Assembly (NCBI RefSeq): GCF_000143415.4
Contig: NW_003314312.1
Span: forward strand, 315,261-379,260
Length of the DNA stretch: 64,000 nt
From: Selaginella moellendorffii
Taxonomy: Eukaryota > Plantae > Lycopodiophyta
Direction of reading: 5' to 3'
Shown: positions 36,049 to 49,792 of the stretch, one piece after another
Position numbering within the stretch: the first letter of the stretch is position 1
Layout: every line of letters begins with the position of its first letter
Program-made: the position numbers and the translations under genes
The notes under the pieces: model-generated
Database searches by the model: none
The model's input: only the letters and a program-made list of their open reading frames with translations
What the model was told of the DNA's origin: nothing

Positions 36049-39000
36049 CGATAGTTTGGAAGGTACGCTGCTTCTTTACGAGCTTATACTTTGATCGCTT
36101 GCAGTGCTTTTGTGTTATAGCGACAGAAGAACGGTTAGATAGGATTTTCCAGTAGTGTCACTATACGCAGGATTTGTTACAATTTAGAGTATAGTGGAAG
36201 GAAAGATGGATGGGCCACTGATTGTTAGTATGTCCCAATGCTCATCAGCGACCAGGTACGTAGCTTTTCTCTCGTTGTCATTGGAGATGTACCCTTCTAA
36301 CCTTTGCCTTTATATTGCTTTTAGATAGAACTGTAGTACCAAGGGGTGGGATTAAGAACTTCCCGAGTGCCATCAATGCTTGTGTGTTGCAGTCGGGATC
36401 CTTGCAGATCATTTCAAAACCGATCAGTTGTCAATGTGAGTGTCGACAGTTGCCTACTTAACGTCAGGTAATGCGAAGCGAGTCCAACTAGCAACTAACT
36501 TGCACGTTTTTCGGAAAACATTCCAGGGGTGCTTTTATAAATGCCTTTGGCGTAGCAGTGGAAGAGACGATCGAAAGGATTTCTACCCGACCGGTCGTCT
36601 TGGAACACAGGTAAGCTTGACTTGTTTCCTTATCGTTGTTTAATTCTGCGAGTACCAGGTTGGCACGGAGCTTTACGTATCCCTGAGAGACACACAGCCA
36701 GCGAAGTTCATGCTCTCTTTAGCGTCTTTAAACTCGAGCCAGCAGCAGCAGCAGCTGAGAGCAATACAGCACAGGACGATGCGTGACCTCAACTCGATTC
36801 GAGCATCCAATCCAAGGACCGCAAAGTGAAAGGAGAAAGACCGCGGCGTTGTCACCCTCGCCGACAAATCCCACATGACGAGTAACTCCATTGATCCCAC
36901 CACCACTCATCGTCGAAAACAACAAAAGGAAGAGGCCGATATCAAAGTTTCGTTTTTTCATTCTTCTTTTTATTTTTGTTCTTTTAGAAGTTTGTGGTGG
37001 AGATCGACAAGCCGCGATCCGATCGAGTCAAAAGCAGGGCGAAGCTTTCTGCAGGCTCGGTGAATATGCCGCGGGAAAAAATCATCATAGTCGTTCCTGT
37101 CTCGGTGGGAGCCAAGATCATCTCTTTCGCTCTGCTAAGTACGGCACGCGTACGGCGATGGTCCCAAGCAAACCAACGGTCGCCAGAGAAAAACAATCCG
37201 GGACCAAAGTAAGATTTGTATGAAGTTTTTTCTCTTTGATGAGGTTGTGTTATTGAATGTGCGATGCAGACGTTGTTGGTGAAGAGGATTATAAATCGAA
37301 AGTGAAAGTTAGTGGAAGGCCTCGGATGGCGATCGAGACGACTCTTGAAGAAGCAGAAGCAGTACTGGTGCGAGGAAAAAGAGGTTATTTCAAGTTCTTA
37401 GTTTTTTTGTAAGATTGGGTGATAAACAGGAACTTGCTGTCAGTGGAGGAAGGGATCGTCCAGGGATTGGAAAAGATTCCCAGTGAATCCATCCATCTCT
37501 CCTTTTTGCTCACACCGATGGCTCAACAGCAACGTTGGACTCACACATTTATTCGTTTTTATGTGTGTGGCTCCAACCAAAGGATTGCGCAAAATGCCGA
37601 AGAGCGGCATTCATGGTGTGCAAGAAATAGAGCGAAAGGAAATGGCGGACCCAGATCAGAAAAAGCGGATCATGGTTCTCCATGCCTGTGAAACAGCATC
37701 AAAGAAAAACACCAAGAAATCCAAAACTATGAAAAAAACACTTCGCGACAGCGATAAGACACCTTTCTGCAGTGTAAATGCACAGCTGTCACCTTTTCTG
37801 TAGCGGCGCCGCCAAAAGATGCCGTAGCGGCGCCGCTCGCTGTGTCGTGTAACTTGTATATATATATATAGCAAAGAGGGATTAGCCCTCCTTTCAACCT
37901 CGCGCCCACTGTGGTAAGCCATGCAGTGCCGCGCAGGGGCATTTTGTTTGACCTGGTGGGTCGATTGAATTGGATGTTTTGTGCTTATGGGTTGTCTTCG
38001 ATCGTCAAATCGTCAACTGGGTCGAGCTCTGATCCATCGCCCATCATCCCTCTGGCTTGTTTGTATTTGCCGCTTTGCCTCCCAATTCCCCATCTCTCCA
38101 TAAATGAGTCGTATTACTATAACTTCACAGTCGCAGGCACTTGCTTGTTAACATGCCTTGCCATTTCCGAATCGTCGGCGCTGTGTTATGTGTCCTGTGA
38201 TCATTCATTCATCTACTGTTTACATAGTCTCGCAGTGGCTTGTGTAAGTAATTTATACATTCAAGTACGCACAGTCCCACTTTTAGCTCCGGGTGAAAGA
38301 GAGATCTCCCGTATAGCCTTTCCACAAATTGCCGGTATTCGTATCGTATTTGTATGCCCCTCTTAAAGCTGGGAGCCACTTTGTCTACGCCCATACGGCC
38401 CCCAGCTTGAATGTGTATTCTTCTTTTTCTTTGTTGCCTTGCTGGTATTTTAGGCTCGTGTGAGCGAATGTAGCTTTGGGTGTTTTGGGAAACTGTCTCT
38501 CACACTGTCCTCCTCTCTGAGAGCTCTTTTCTTTCTTTCCTGGTTGCCTTTGTCCATAGGCATATAGCTTGTTAGTTGGCTCCTTTCTTTCTCAGCTTAT
38601 TCCTTTCCTCCCAGCTTGATTCACGCCGAGCTCGCTCGTATACTCTTGTCTCTGTGTGATATTGTGTGGATTTGTTACCTCTAAGTTCGTGTATGTGTGT
38701 TCTTTGCTTGATCAACTGTGCTTTGATCTATGGCGTGACTGTTGCGAGATTGAGAAGGGGAGCTTTTTTAATTCTCATGCGCATTGCAGGTGGTACTTTG
38801 CGTAGCAGCAGCTCAGCCCAGCTCTGATCCATCTCTGATCACTTGTCGTATGATTTGAGATTGGTCGCTCTTCAATTTGGCAGCTTGCAGCTCTTTCTTT
38901 CTCTCTGATCTTGGCTCTCACCTCTCCCAATCAATCTCTCCTTATCTTTTCATTTAAGTTCTTTGAGATCTTCCCACCGGAAGAGAGATCGCATACTTCT

Positions 39001-40346
39001 GCTCTGCACTCCAAAAGTCGTCGTCTTTCCTTCGTTTTTAAAAGTTTCTCTTCTCGTCTAAAAAGCTTGCTTGCTCGGAGTTCTCGCTGCTCCGCGAGCG
39101 ATTGATATTGATATATGCGAGTGATTGATTGATGGGGGGTATTAACAATGAGAGCAAAGAGAGTAAGTTTTACTCATACTTCCTTCTTCCTTCCTCGTTC
39201 GTTTTGTGTGGTTTTCCAGCGAGGTGTCTGAGCTCCGGGTGTGCTCGTGTCTGATATCATCCTTTCTTCTCCCTGCTCTGCCTGTGTTGGTCTCGAGTAC
39301 TATGGCGCCTGCAACTCTGATGGATTAGGACCGGGAAATTGATTGATACGAGGGAATTTATGTTGGCAACACAAGCACAACGTGTTAGAATTTTCTCCAC
39401 TCTCAGTCAGCCATGGAGAGCTCTTTCTTTCGCTCCCTCTCCACACCACAGCTCCGCGTTCATCTGGCATGGAGGAGAGTTATAAAGAGAGCTCCATGAC
39501 AGCGACCAAGGAAGAAGAAAGGAACAAAAGATGCGGGCTTGGACTTAAACCACTACTGATCCACCTCTCTGGGTTGTTAATGGCGGGTTTGCTCAATCCA
39601 TAGCTGCTGGACACACAAAAACACAAAACTCATTCTTTCTCTCTCAAGCGCACACATTCTTTCTCACACTCAAAGAGCGGAAGTCTAGAGAGAGTGAGGG
39701 AGGAAAAAGAGAGCGACTTTGCATAGTAGGCTGAGTACTTACTGCTCTTTCTGGTGCCAGAGAGAATTTTTTGAGACTCCAAGGCAGGATGGATGGATAG
39801 AGAAGGGCGAGCAACAGCTCCACGTCCATGTTGGAGTTTTTATTCCTTGGACTGCTCATCCTTGTTCTTGTTCTGCCGCTGGCTGTGCACAGGCGGCTGG
39901 CCGAGGAATATCGACAAGAGGGATGTGAGTGAAAGGCGAGAGAGAGAGGAATTCAAGGACGTGTCGACAAAATGCCCGCCTCTCGGATTCATGGAGCTGC
40001 TGCTGCTCCCTTCTTCCATTCTCTCACATTCTCATTTTTCATTCAAGGCCGCCAATTCATGAAAGAGGAGTACTGATCCAAGGATAGAGAGGGAGATAGA
40101 GAGAAAGCGGAACAAGAACACACACAAAGCAAGGAAGAAAAGTGAGCGGTTGTGAAGAATCCGAAGGTGGTTCGTCCGCTATCTTCACTGCATGTTTTTA
40201 AAATGGAGGAAGTTCTCTTGTTTCTAGTGAGAGAGGAGAGAGAGAGAGAGAAGTGATTGATTGATCTTTAAGGTTAGCGCCAACTTAAGCTGGCTGGGAT
40301 CGAGGGGTATCTTTGACAGATAGCTCGGATAGAGAGGAGGATTTAG

Positions 40347-42684
40347 ATGTGGGTGAAGATGAGCTACCAGCGGCAGCAGCAACAGCAGCTCCATCACTTC
40401 GAGCTCAAGCAGCAGCAGCAGCAGCAAGAGTTTGTGCATCACCACCAGTTTGGAAACCACCAACATCATGGGGAGCTCAAGAACAATACACAAAGGCGAG
40501 AAGTCGAGGATGATCATCTTCGAGAGCGCGAGCGAGAGGGCTATATGGTGATGCCACTCGGGGTGTCGGAGAGATTCAAGCTGGGTTTGGGGCATCAGCA
40601 GGCACCGGCAATCGTGTCCACTCTCCCCGTCGCCATTCCCTTCATGGAGGCCTCGTCTCGCGGGGCGCTCGTGAGGAGCGGTCTAAAGCTCAGCTCCTCG
40701 TCGCCACCACAGCTAGCGGCGTTGATGGCGAATCCAAATCCAAGTCCCACCACCATTGTCAGCAGCAGCAGCAGCGCAAGCAGCAGCAGCGGCCGGGAAT
40801 TCGATCTCTGCTATAGCAATTGGCTGCCGTTCGCAAGATTGCAGCAGCAAGCTCCCCAGGAGCTGAATTTGCTAGCCAGAGACGACGATGGCGAGTGCTG
40901 TCCTCCCTGCGACGCTTCCCAAGAAGAAGAAGAGGAAGACGAACAAGATCTCCGACAAGACGAACAAGATGGCACTGCTGCTGCCCAAGACAAAGAAGAC
41001 AACCATGTTCGAGATCGTCAGCTCGTCGTCACAACAAAGCCCATTCCATTTTGGAGCCTGGCTACCAGCGCTTCCGCCGGATCCACCATCACCACCACGG
41101 AGGAGGAGGAGGAGGACACCATACCATACAAGCTCCAGCAGCATCGCCACCAACCAGTCATGATCAAGACTGCAATCTTGCCTGTCCAGTCCGACGATTC
41201 ATCGTCCTCGTCGTCCGACTCGGAGAGCGAGCAAGGCCAAGATCCCAGTGGTGGTGACAAGATGGTGGTGAGCAGTAGTAGCAGAGGCAGCTTGGGGGTC
41301 ATGGCAATAGCGCCACCACCGCTCCAAATCAGCAGCAATGGCAGTTTCCAAGGTGGTGGATATGGATATCAGTATGATCATCATCGAGGAGTGGGCGCTA
41401 GTCCAGGTGGAGTGGCGAGCAGCAGCTGCAGCTCCGGGAACAAGCAGAAGCAGAAGGAGAACCAGACGGTGCCCGTGTACAAGGAGCAGCTGCTGCGGGA
41501 GTCGAGATCTCGTTTGCCACACGGTCACTACTGGATACCAACGCCCGCGCAGATTCTCGTCGGCCCGACGCAGTTCTCGTGCCCCGTGTGCAGCAAGACC
41601 TTCAACCGCTACAACAACATGCAGGTATGGACTTGTGTTGTGTGCGTGTGTGTGTTTTTTTCTTCTTTTTGTTCTTTTTTTTTCTCATTGTTCATAGTGC
41701 GCTTGAACATTTCTGAACACTGAAAGATTGAATCTTGAACAGTTCATATCCATGTTCATTGGTTGGTTTCAGTTGATGTATAATGTGACATTGCATTGGC
41801 ATTGCTATTGTTTTCTCTCTTTTCCTTCTCTTTCTAGATGTTCCAAGGCTGCATCTATCTGCCTTTTTTTTTCCTTTCATACATCACTCTGTGTGTCCAA
41901 TCTTTCCATCACCTTTCCATTTTCATCAGAAGAAAAAAAGGAAAGAAAAGAAAGATAAACAGCTCACCTAATTGAGGTGCTTGAGATTTCTTCAGCTGCT
42001 TGAGCTGCTTGCCTGGGTGAGACAAACATTCCCCATTGATGATTGCTGGATTGATTGATTGGGTCTTCCATGATCAGAGCATGCATTTTTCTGAAAAAAA
42101 AATTTAAAAAATTATATGACTTAAAAATCTCAATTTTCTCTTACCTGTGTGTGACTGAACAGATGCATATGTGGGGGCATGGATCCCAGTACCGCCGCGG
42201 CCCCGAGTCACTGCGCGGCACGCAGCCCACCGCAATGCTCCGGCTGCCCTGCTACTGCTGCGCGGTGGGATGCCGCAACCACGTCGACCACCCGCGAGCC
42301 AAGCCCCTCAAGGACTTCCGCACCCTCCAGACGCACTACAAGCGCAAGCACGGCATCAAGCCTTTCCCCTGCCGCAAGTGCGGCAAACCGTTTGCCGTCC
42401 GCGGCGACTGGCGGACGCACGAGAAGAACTGCGGCAAGCTGTGGTACTGCATCTGCGGCTCCGACTTCAAGCACAAGCGCTCGCTCAAGGATCACATCCG
42501 CGCGTTTGGGCTCGGGCACGCCGCGCTGGCCGACGCCGGGGCCGACGCTGGAAGGCGTGCGGCTGCGGCTGCGGCTACTGCAGCCGCCGCGGTTACCACC
42601 ACCGCCACCACCACCACCACAGCGTCCGACGATGACGACGATGGCGACGAGCAAGACGAGGACGAGGTATCTGTGGTCAGCTAG
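40347..42684 (+). CDS. WIP-type C2H2 zinc-finger transcription factor, 2 exons (40347-41624, 42162-42684)
   Basis: [32 protein letters not shown]|[22 protein letters not shown]...[11 protein letters not shown]. Long Q/S-rich N-terminus; start uncertain. Confidence 0.93.
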
Positions 42685-43449
42685 CCATTAGAGCACTCCT
42701 TTACGATGATCCTACTACGCTTACCTGGATTTTTTCCTTTTCCTTCTCGGCTTCCTTGTGGTCGCTGCAAGAAAGCGGCCTTTACTCCCCCCTTAATTCT
42801 ACAGAACAAGAAAGGAACTTTTGTGAGCATTTCCAAGCCTAGGAAAGTACGGGCAGAGCATTTCGCCCGAAAGATTTTACCATGCCTCCCCGAGTCAAAC
42901 TGGAAGAAATAAGAAAATCCTCAAAATCTCGGCTTGTCGGCGTCCATGGCGAACACTCCGTACCTCCGCCGACGAGGTGAGCTGGGAAATGACAACTACA
43001 GAACAAAACAGGGCGTGAGTGAGAGAAACAACAACGAAAAATGCAACAAACAAAGTGGAGAATGTACCTCTCTCGGCTTTAAACTTAAAGCTGCTTGCCT
43101 TCTACGTACCTCCAAGCACCTATAGATATATATACCTCACATAGTAAATGATCCATGTTGTGCCTTATAAAATATTATTCTTTCCTCTTCATTCCACGCA
43201 AAAGGCAAATCTAAGGTTGCTTCTCCCCTCGTTAAGTTCAGTGCAAAGCAGAAGCGGTAGTAGTGGCATTTCTTTGAGTGTGTGCGGTGTGTGCGTGGGC
43301 GAGCTCATAAAAACCACCCCACACTCACACACACAACACAAGTTGGTCCACAGTACGAACAGTCGGCAGACCGGTCTGTGTGTGTGAGTGTGTGCTGTTT
43401 TTTGAGCTCCGCCCGGCGCAGCACACGTAGGGAAGGGTCTTCTTCTTTG

Positions 43450-46400
43450 TTTACCTGTTGAATTGTCACCCTTGTCAAGACACAGAAGCATGAGGAGATT
43501 TGTCATTGTACTTGGCATACCTTTAAAGCAGCGTCGAGGATAACACTCGAGTTTTGTGGCCGCACCGCACGCACTCGGAGTCCTCCTCGGGCGAGTCAAG
43601 TCACCGACCATTTCCCTCCTTGTTGCAACTTGCGCAGTATGGATCGAGTAAGGTCACACAATTTGCAGTTCACCAGCTTGATTGCTTTTCCGTGGCTTTT
43701 ACTACGTCCACATTGCGAGTAAACTCCCTGTGAGGCAACAAAGCAAAGTGAAAAGGTGAAATTTCATGAACCGTAATCCATTGCAAGCTAGATCTTCGGA
43801 AGATAACGACTCACCTTTTGCTCACTGGACTGGATCTCTCAGCTCAATTGTTTCAAAGCCGAATCTCCCAAGTTTGACAAAAGCATGGCCGACAAACCAT
43901 CAATTGCGCTTCTTCCACGTGGCCCGTTTCCTCCGCAAGTCTTATCTTCAGCAGCAGCGGCATCTTCCAATTCCAACACTCACGAGATGCCGATCCTGAG
44001 GCCGCAATTTAGCAGAGTTAGAGACACGATCTTGGTTGCGTATAAAAACAAGAGACAACTGACCCCCCGTCTCCCTTTGGTAGCTGTCCACCCATCTCTG
44101 TTAACTACTCAGTGGTCCTCGAATAGTCCAAAGCTTTAGAAAGCATTTGGGGCGATATGTCACTCGAAAACTGCTCCAGTCACGCTCAACCTTGTGTAAG
44201 ATTCCTTTGAGCAGGATCTTCTCCAAATCCACTTATAACCCACTGACAGGAAACCAGGGAAAGATGAGATGCATACGAACCATAAAATACTACCGACAAG
44301 CCTGTTGTTGTAAGACGATGATGGAAACCAAATGGATGCTTTAAGGCATCTGAGAGTTTGCGCGTTAAGGCATCTGGACAAAGTAAACTCCATGATTTTC
44401 GAGTGTCCTGAAACGAAACACGTCTGTCGTCAGTCGTGATATCCACAAAATCCGAGCTTAAGTTAGTGGAACAAGGGAGGGGAGGGGCTGTACCATTTGG
44501 TGAAGTAGTGGCACGCACCTTTACAAAGGCTTTTCAAATCCGAAGGAAGCACAGGAGCCAGTAGCATGATCGATTCCTGGAAACAAAAAGAAAAGAAAAA
44601 AAAAAACAGTAAAATAAAAAGCAAAGTGACCAAGTGAATAAAGGAAGGTGACGAACAACGAGTTCAAAGTACCTATTGGGGCCAGCAAACACAAGCGAGG
44701 AATAAAGAAAGCCCACCTCTTCTAGAAAGCTTGGGGATTTAACATCCACATTGGGAATCAGCATGCGGCCTCTGTCCACGCTTGTCGCATCGCATATGTC
44801 CAATTGTAACCCAGAAAGAAAGCAGCTCTCATCTCATCGGCATCGCATCGTCACTGCAGCGAGCATTGCGATCCCTGCAGGAAGCAAAGCCAAGCTCACA
44901 TCAGCCTGCATTTCCTTTTGGCATTTGTACAAAAGACATGGAGAAATCCTGCGGACCACGCTTTGGAACGTGACGGTCACACCAGACCAGCACACTGAAA
45001 AGTCATGCATGCAAAGCGATGCCTCGGTAATAATTCCAAACCACAGACAGCTACTTCAGAGGTCTCCCTCCCTGCCCAGGGGAACCTCTTCCTCCTAGAC
45101 TAAAAGAAAAACCGAGTTAATGGAAAGACAAGCTTACCTTTCTTCTTCAATCGTCCTTGCCATGGCAGTGCCTGGTCTGGCAGTTCGACAACATCAGCCA
45201 GTCTTCCTCATATCTGTTGGCACTCTGCAATCCCTGGCTGAATTTTAGAGAGGAAGACACTTCCATATCATGCTATTCTCTTGTTTATTAAAAAAAAAAA
45301 GAGGAGAAAAAGTTAGTCACAGCCGCGGAAAGAAAGCACTAAATTGGAAGTTCCTTCCTTTATAGCATGAATCTTACCTTTAGGATCAGTTCATAAACTT
45401 GAACAGGATCCAGTTACTGGAATACAGAATTTACTTGCCTCGTTTCAAGAAGAAAAGAAATAATGCTTGCCTTGCCTCACAGGATGGCCCTTTTGCTGTG
45501 TCCTCCGTAACACCATTATGAACTGTTTAAGCGCTGGTTCACGGTCCAACCTTTCGGACATCGTGCACCTGAACCACGCTTTTAGCAAAGCCACTAAGAA
45601 AGGAAGCTAGCAACACGCATGGCATACGGTTCATCCCTTAACAGGCAGGTCCACTTGTAAAACAAGCATTACGATATGCGTACGTATGCAGCATATTTCA
45701 AGAAGAGGAAGCGGAGCGGCAAAAGCCCAATGACCTGGTATCTTTAATTTGCGCCAGAATGAATGACGCGGCCGGACGAGCCTCAAGTTAGAAAAGTGCG
45801 TTTACATGAAGAACATTCAGACAGAATGCAGCAATGAGATAAATAGAAAAAGAAAAAAACTAAAAAACGTGAGAGAAAAATTTGCAAAAAAAAACGACAA
45901 ACATGGCAGAGCACCTTTAGACCAGCCAACTTTTACTGCAAAGACCAACACCATCTCAAATCAGTAGAGTCCAAAGCCCAAGTAGCACACAGGACCACTT
46001 AAAATCCAAAGTTCAAGTAGCACACCGGACCACTTAAACCACAAGTTTAGACATAGACAGACCCCCAACAAGGATGGCTAAAGCACAACTAGTCCTTGTC
46101 CTTTATTCTTGCTTCCCACCCAAACACTTCAGAAAAAAGAAAAAAAAAAGACTTTGGTGACTTCAGATAGACAGAGAGTAGTACCAAAGACGTAAACATC
46201 ACGCTGTGCCCATAAAGACTGGACGTAAAATGGAATGGAGCAAGCAAGAGATGCCGCTTCGCTACTTATCTGTTTGCCACATTAGTAATCCCTGCAGAGT
46301 TGCAGCTGCGACACCATGTCGCCCGCGCTTGTTGCCAGAGCCACCAGCAGTCGTCGCTGTAATAAGTTCCTGCCAGATACATGTCATGAGACATTAGTAG

Positions 46401-47310
46401 TTGTATCTTCTACAATCACCCAGTAGATATGCTTCAAGCAAAGAAGAATCGAGGCAAATGCACTCAATCTGCAACGCCTGGAAAGGCTGCTGCATATGGT
46501 TAATCGCAAGAAAACAAAAAGAGAAACACACAGCATAAAGCTGGGGAGAATTGGAGAAATGCCCCTCCAGCCAGGAAGGACCAACTTTCAAGCTATCGCT
46601 CTCCAGAAATATCAAATCGAGAGAGCCACACTCACCACCACCCAAACCTGATTGAGATATCCGCAGCCTTTTCGGGACCACTACCAGCGCCAATATTCCC
46701 AGAAGCCGATCTGCTTGCAAAAGCAAAGTACAGTTATGGAGCGCAGCGAACAGGATGAAACAAAACCCATGCACAGCGAGAGCTCTACCTCACCTTTAAT
46801 GGTCGACAAACTCTAGACTTACACTGGGAAAGTGCTGTCTTAAAATGAAAATGCAGCAAGAAGGGAAAAGCACTAGTCCTAAGACCGAGATCTTTTAGCT
46901 CGTCTTCATGCGAAGAACGAAAAAGAAGCAAGAAAGAGCTAGCCATGGAAAGCTCAAAACGAAATTTCTCGGCACGAGGCTGTAGAAATTTCCAAAAGAC
47001 CGAGAACTTTAGCTCATCTACGTGTAAACGAAGCTAGTGAAACAAAGAGCTAGCCATCCACTAAGGTCAAAAGAAAATTTCGTCACGAGGCTCGAGAAAT
47101 CTCTCAAAAGGGACTAAAATCTCTCAAGAGCAGTAGAAGGCGGGACTTCGAATGCTCGAAAATCTCACAGCGGCGCCAAGATCTAGCTAAAACCCCAGCG
47201 CTTGCGGCTAATCGCGCAGCGCCATTGCGATCGAGGCGCAAGAGACAGACACTCACCGATCCAAGGCGCCGCTCCTCTTTGCTAAAACCCTAGCGCCCGC
47301 CAATGGCAAA
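43450..47310 (-). ncRNA. Candidate multi-exon long non-coding transcript
   Basis: Telo-box-like AAACCCTA at ~47285 and a series of minus-strand donors (47256, 46793, 45480, 45377, 45137) with pyrimidine-rich acceptors. No long ORF found. Confidence 0.4.
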
Positions 47311-47718
47311 TTTAAAATGGAGTATGGTATTAGAGAAGTTTATATCATTGTCTTAGAGTTATTGCCAATTGGCTTTGGTTAGCATCGGTTTTGTTCATAG
47401 CCTGCCCGCCACCATTTGTCAATCCAAGAGAGGAGAGATGAGAACTTCCATGGGATAATCGAGAACTTAAAGGAAGAACACGTATGGAGAGATTGGGAGA
47501 AAAACGAACGATAAAACGATAGAGACTAGAAAAGAATGTCGAGACAAAAGAACGAAAGAAAACCTCACAAAGAGATATGAAAAGTTCCATGGAGAACTTC
47601 GAAGAGAAAGGAAGAACTTACAAAGAGAAGAATGGCGAGAAACTTACAAAGAGAAGAATGGCGAGAAACTTACAAAGAGAAGAACGAGAGAGGAAGGATG
47701 GAGCTTACTTGGTGGATT

Positions 47719-48510
47719 CTAGGAGCTTGATGCCGGAGCCCCGGACGAATTCGAGGTCGCTGGTTGCTGCGGCCACATTTGCTGCTGGGTCATGTAAGGA
47801 CCAGGAATTCCCTGCTGCCGCTGCTGAGAAAACATCGCTGGATCAACTGGCATTGCTGGTCTTCCCACCACCGGCGATCCAAGCGGCGACGCCCCCGCCG
47901 CCGCCTGTCCCTGCGCCGCTGGAGGCACGTAGTACAACCCCGGGTACTGCATTGGATCCCCTGGAGGCCCAACCGGCATGGCTGCTCGAGTCACTCCCAG
48001 AGTCTCCTCCTTGAGCTCGTCCCTGGGAACTATATCCACCAGAAAGTCGAAGATGTCCGTGCGAGTGATCGCCGCGGCGATGTCGTTCTTCTGCAGCGTC
48101 CGCCGCTTGTTCTCCTCGGTGTGGATCCAGGAGCGCAGCGTGAGCTCCAGGATGAACATCTCGCACGCCTTTGCGAAGAGCACTGGTGCCTCCGCCGAGA
48201 TCATCCTCACGTCCTCGTCGGCCTTCATGATCTTCTTGATCCGGGCCAGTGGAAGCTGGTGGTTCTTGAAATCGTTCACTTGCTCGATTTCTTGCATCTG
48301 TCCCTGCCAGAATTGCTGGAGCTGCTGCTGGTGCTGCTGCTGCATTTGCTGGTAACCTAGCGCTTGCTGGAATGCCACGGCCGACTGCGCTGCTCCTGGA
48401 ACCTGACCAGCCGCCATGGGAGTTCCTGGCGCTCCCCCGCCCGGCGGCGCTGGAAATCCCGCTTGCATCGGCTGCCCGATGGCCGGCGCCGTGGCCTGGT
48501 GCTGCTCCAT
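47719..48510 (-). CDS. NF-YC: Nuclear factor Y subunit C (HAP5)
   Basis: [49 protein letters not shown]...[11 protein letters not shown]. First ATG at 48510. Confidence 0.95.
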   Translation of the reverse strand: MEQHQATAPAIGQPMQAGFPAPPGGGAPGTPMAAGQVPGAAQSAVAFQQALGYQQMQQQHQQQLQQFWQGQMQEIEQVNDFKNHQLPLARIKKIMKADEDVRMISAEAPVLFAKACEMFILELTLRSWIHTEENKRRTLQKNDIAAAITRTDIFDFLVDIVPRDELKEETLGVTRAAMPVGPPGDPMQYPGLYYVPPAAQGQAAAGASPLGSPVVGRPAMPVDPAMFSQQRQQGIPGPYMTQQQMWPQQPATSNSSGAPASSS

Positions 48511-48927
48511 GCCCAGCGGCGACGAAATCCCTGCCTCACTCACCGGTTTCACGCGATAATCCTCGCCAGATGTGGCTCATCCATCGCGCATTGCCGCGAT
48601 TTTCCTGAGAATTTCCACGGCTAGGCGTCCGGGAGTGGCTTACCGATCGAGCGCGCGTCGCGAGATTTCCCCAAGAACCCTAGCGCCTTGCTCCCGAGCT
48701 CTCGGCGCCAAGCTGCTCAAAAAACTCCATAGCAAATCCCTGCGCAGTAACGTGGCCGCGTGTCATTCGTCGATGGCTTGATAATGGATGACACGACAGT
48801 GAGAAGATGACGGGCCTGGATGCCTCCACGCCTCACCTTCACAGAATATCCCGCCCTGTCAGAATCGCTAACTGACGGAAAAAGTATATCCAAAGAATCA
48901 TGGTTATTTCCCTTTTACCCGTTGTTA

Positions 48928-49353
48928 CTAGTGGTGATGGTCTTGTACATATCTAAGGCCACAGTATTTACACACTTGGGGATGTGGAAGATCCAAGCAA
49001 ATAAACTCCACCGGATGCCCTAGCGCTAAATTATTCCCTGGAAGAACGCACGAATCCATGAGAAAACTGGAAGAATTCTATCGCGGTGCCGCGAGATTAT
49101 ACCTCCTATGCAAGCTACGATTCGATCGTGGACAACAATCGGTGGTACCTCGCTGATGAGTTGCATCGGGGATTTCTTCTCCTTGTTCTATCAGATTTCC
49201 ATAGAAGAATCTCAGGGGAGAATCGAGAGAATCGAATGTAGCCACACTTACGTGCATCCATTTGGAGGTGTGATCCAGATCCAGCGCAGTGGAGATGCTG
49301 CGCGTGGACGCCCTTGAACTGCGAATGAATCTCGCGCACAGCGCCATAGCCAT
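48928..49353 (-). CDS. NDUFS6: Mitochondrial complex I 13-kDa Zn-finger subunit, 3 exons
   Basis: Spliced product MAMALCARF...HTSKWMH|NKEKKSPMQLISEVPPIVVHDRIVACIG|GNNLALGHPVEFICLDLPHPQVCKYCGLRYVQDHHH*. Confidence 0.92.
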
Positions 49354-49792
49354 TTCGCCCAAGAACCCTAGAAGTAGAAAGACCTTCCCGAAAGAGAGAG
49401 ATATTCTGTTAGTTTCACGGAATGTTCTTTAGATGTATAACGCAGATTCTGTTAGTCGTAAGTGGCGGCATCTTTGTATTCTTTGAATGTTTGCATGGAA
49501 TTTACAATGTTGTATCGCCACATTGCGGCCTTTCGTCTCAGTCTCTTCATTTCGCCAGATTAGGGTTTCCACGATCGATCCATCCTTCCAGCGGGAGCTC
49601 CTCGTCGCGGCGCATGCCGCCCTCCCTCGCTACTCTCTCGTCGCCATCGCTGGATCGCACGCGATCGCCATCGTACTCCCGAAATATAGGGTTCGTGGAG
49701 GAGAGCGATGGAGCTCGCCGCGGCGATCGGCGCTGCAGCTGAGGAGGAGGATCAAGCGCGAGCGTCGTGAAGAAGCAAAGAAATCTTCCTCG

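Noticed and set aside
36875-37500. Secreted peptide precursor (hydrophobic FFILLFIFVLL)
   Set aside because: No in-frame ATG. The T-rich tract looks like an intron, and there is no CLE/PSK/RGF motif.
47612-47684. 26-bp tandem repeat x3 after the NF-YC stop; ~48-bp duplication at 29993-30085
   Set aside because: Simple slippage-type duplications in UTR, intron or intergenic DNA with no sign of function.
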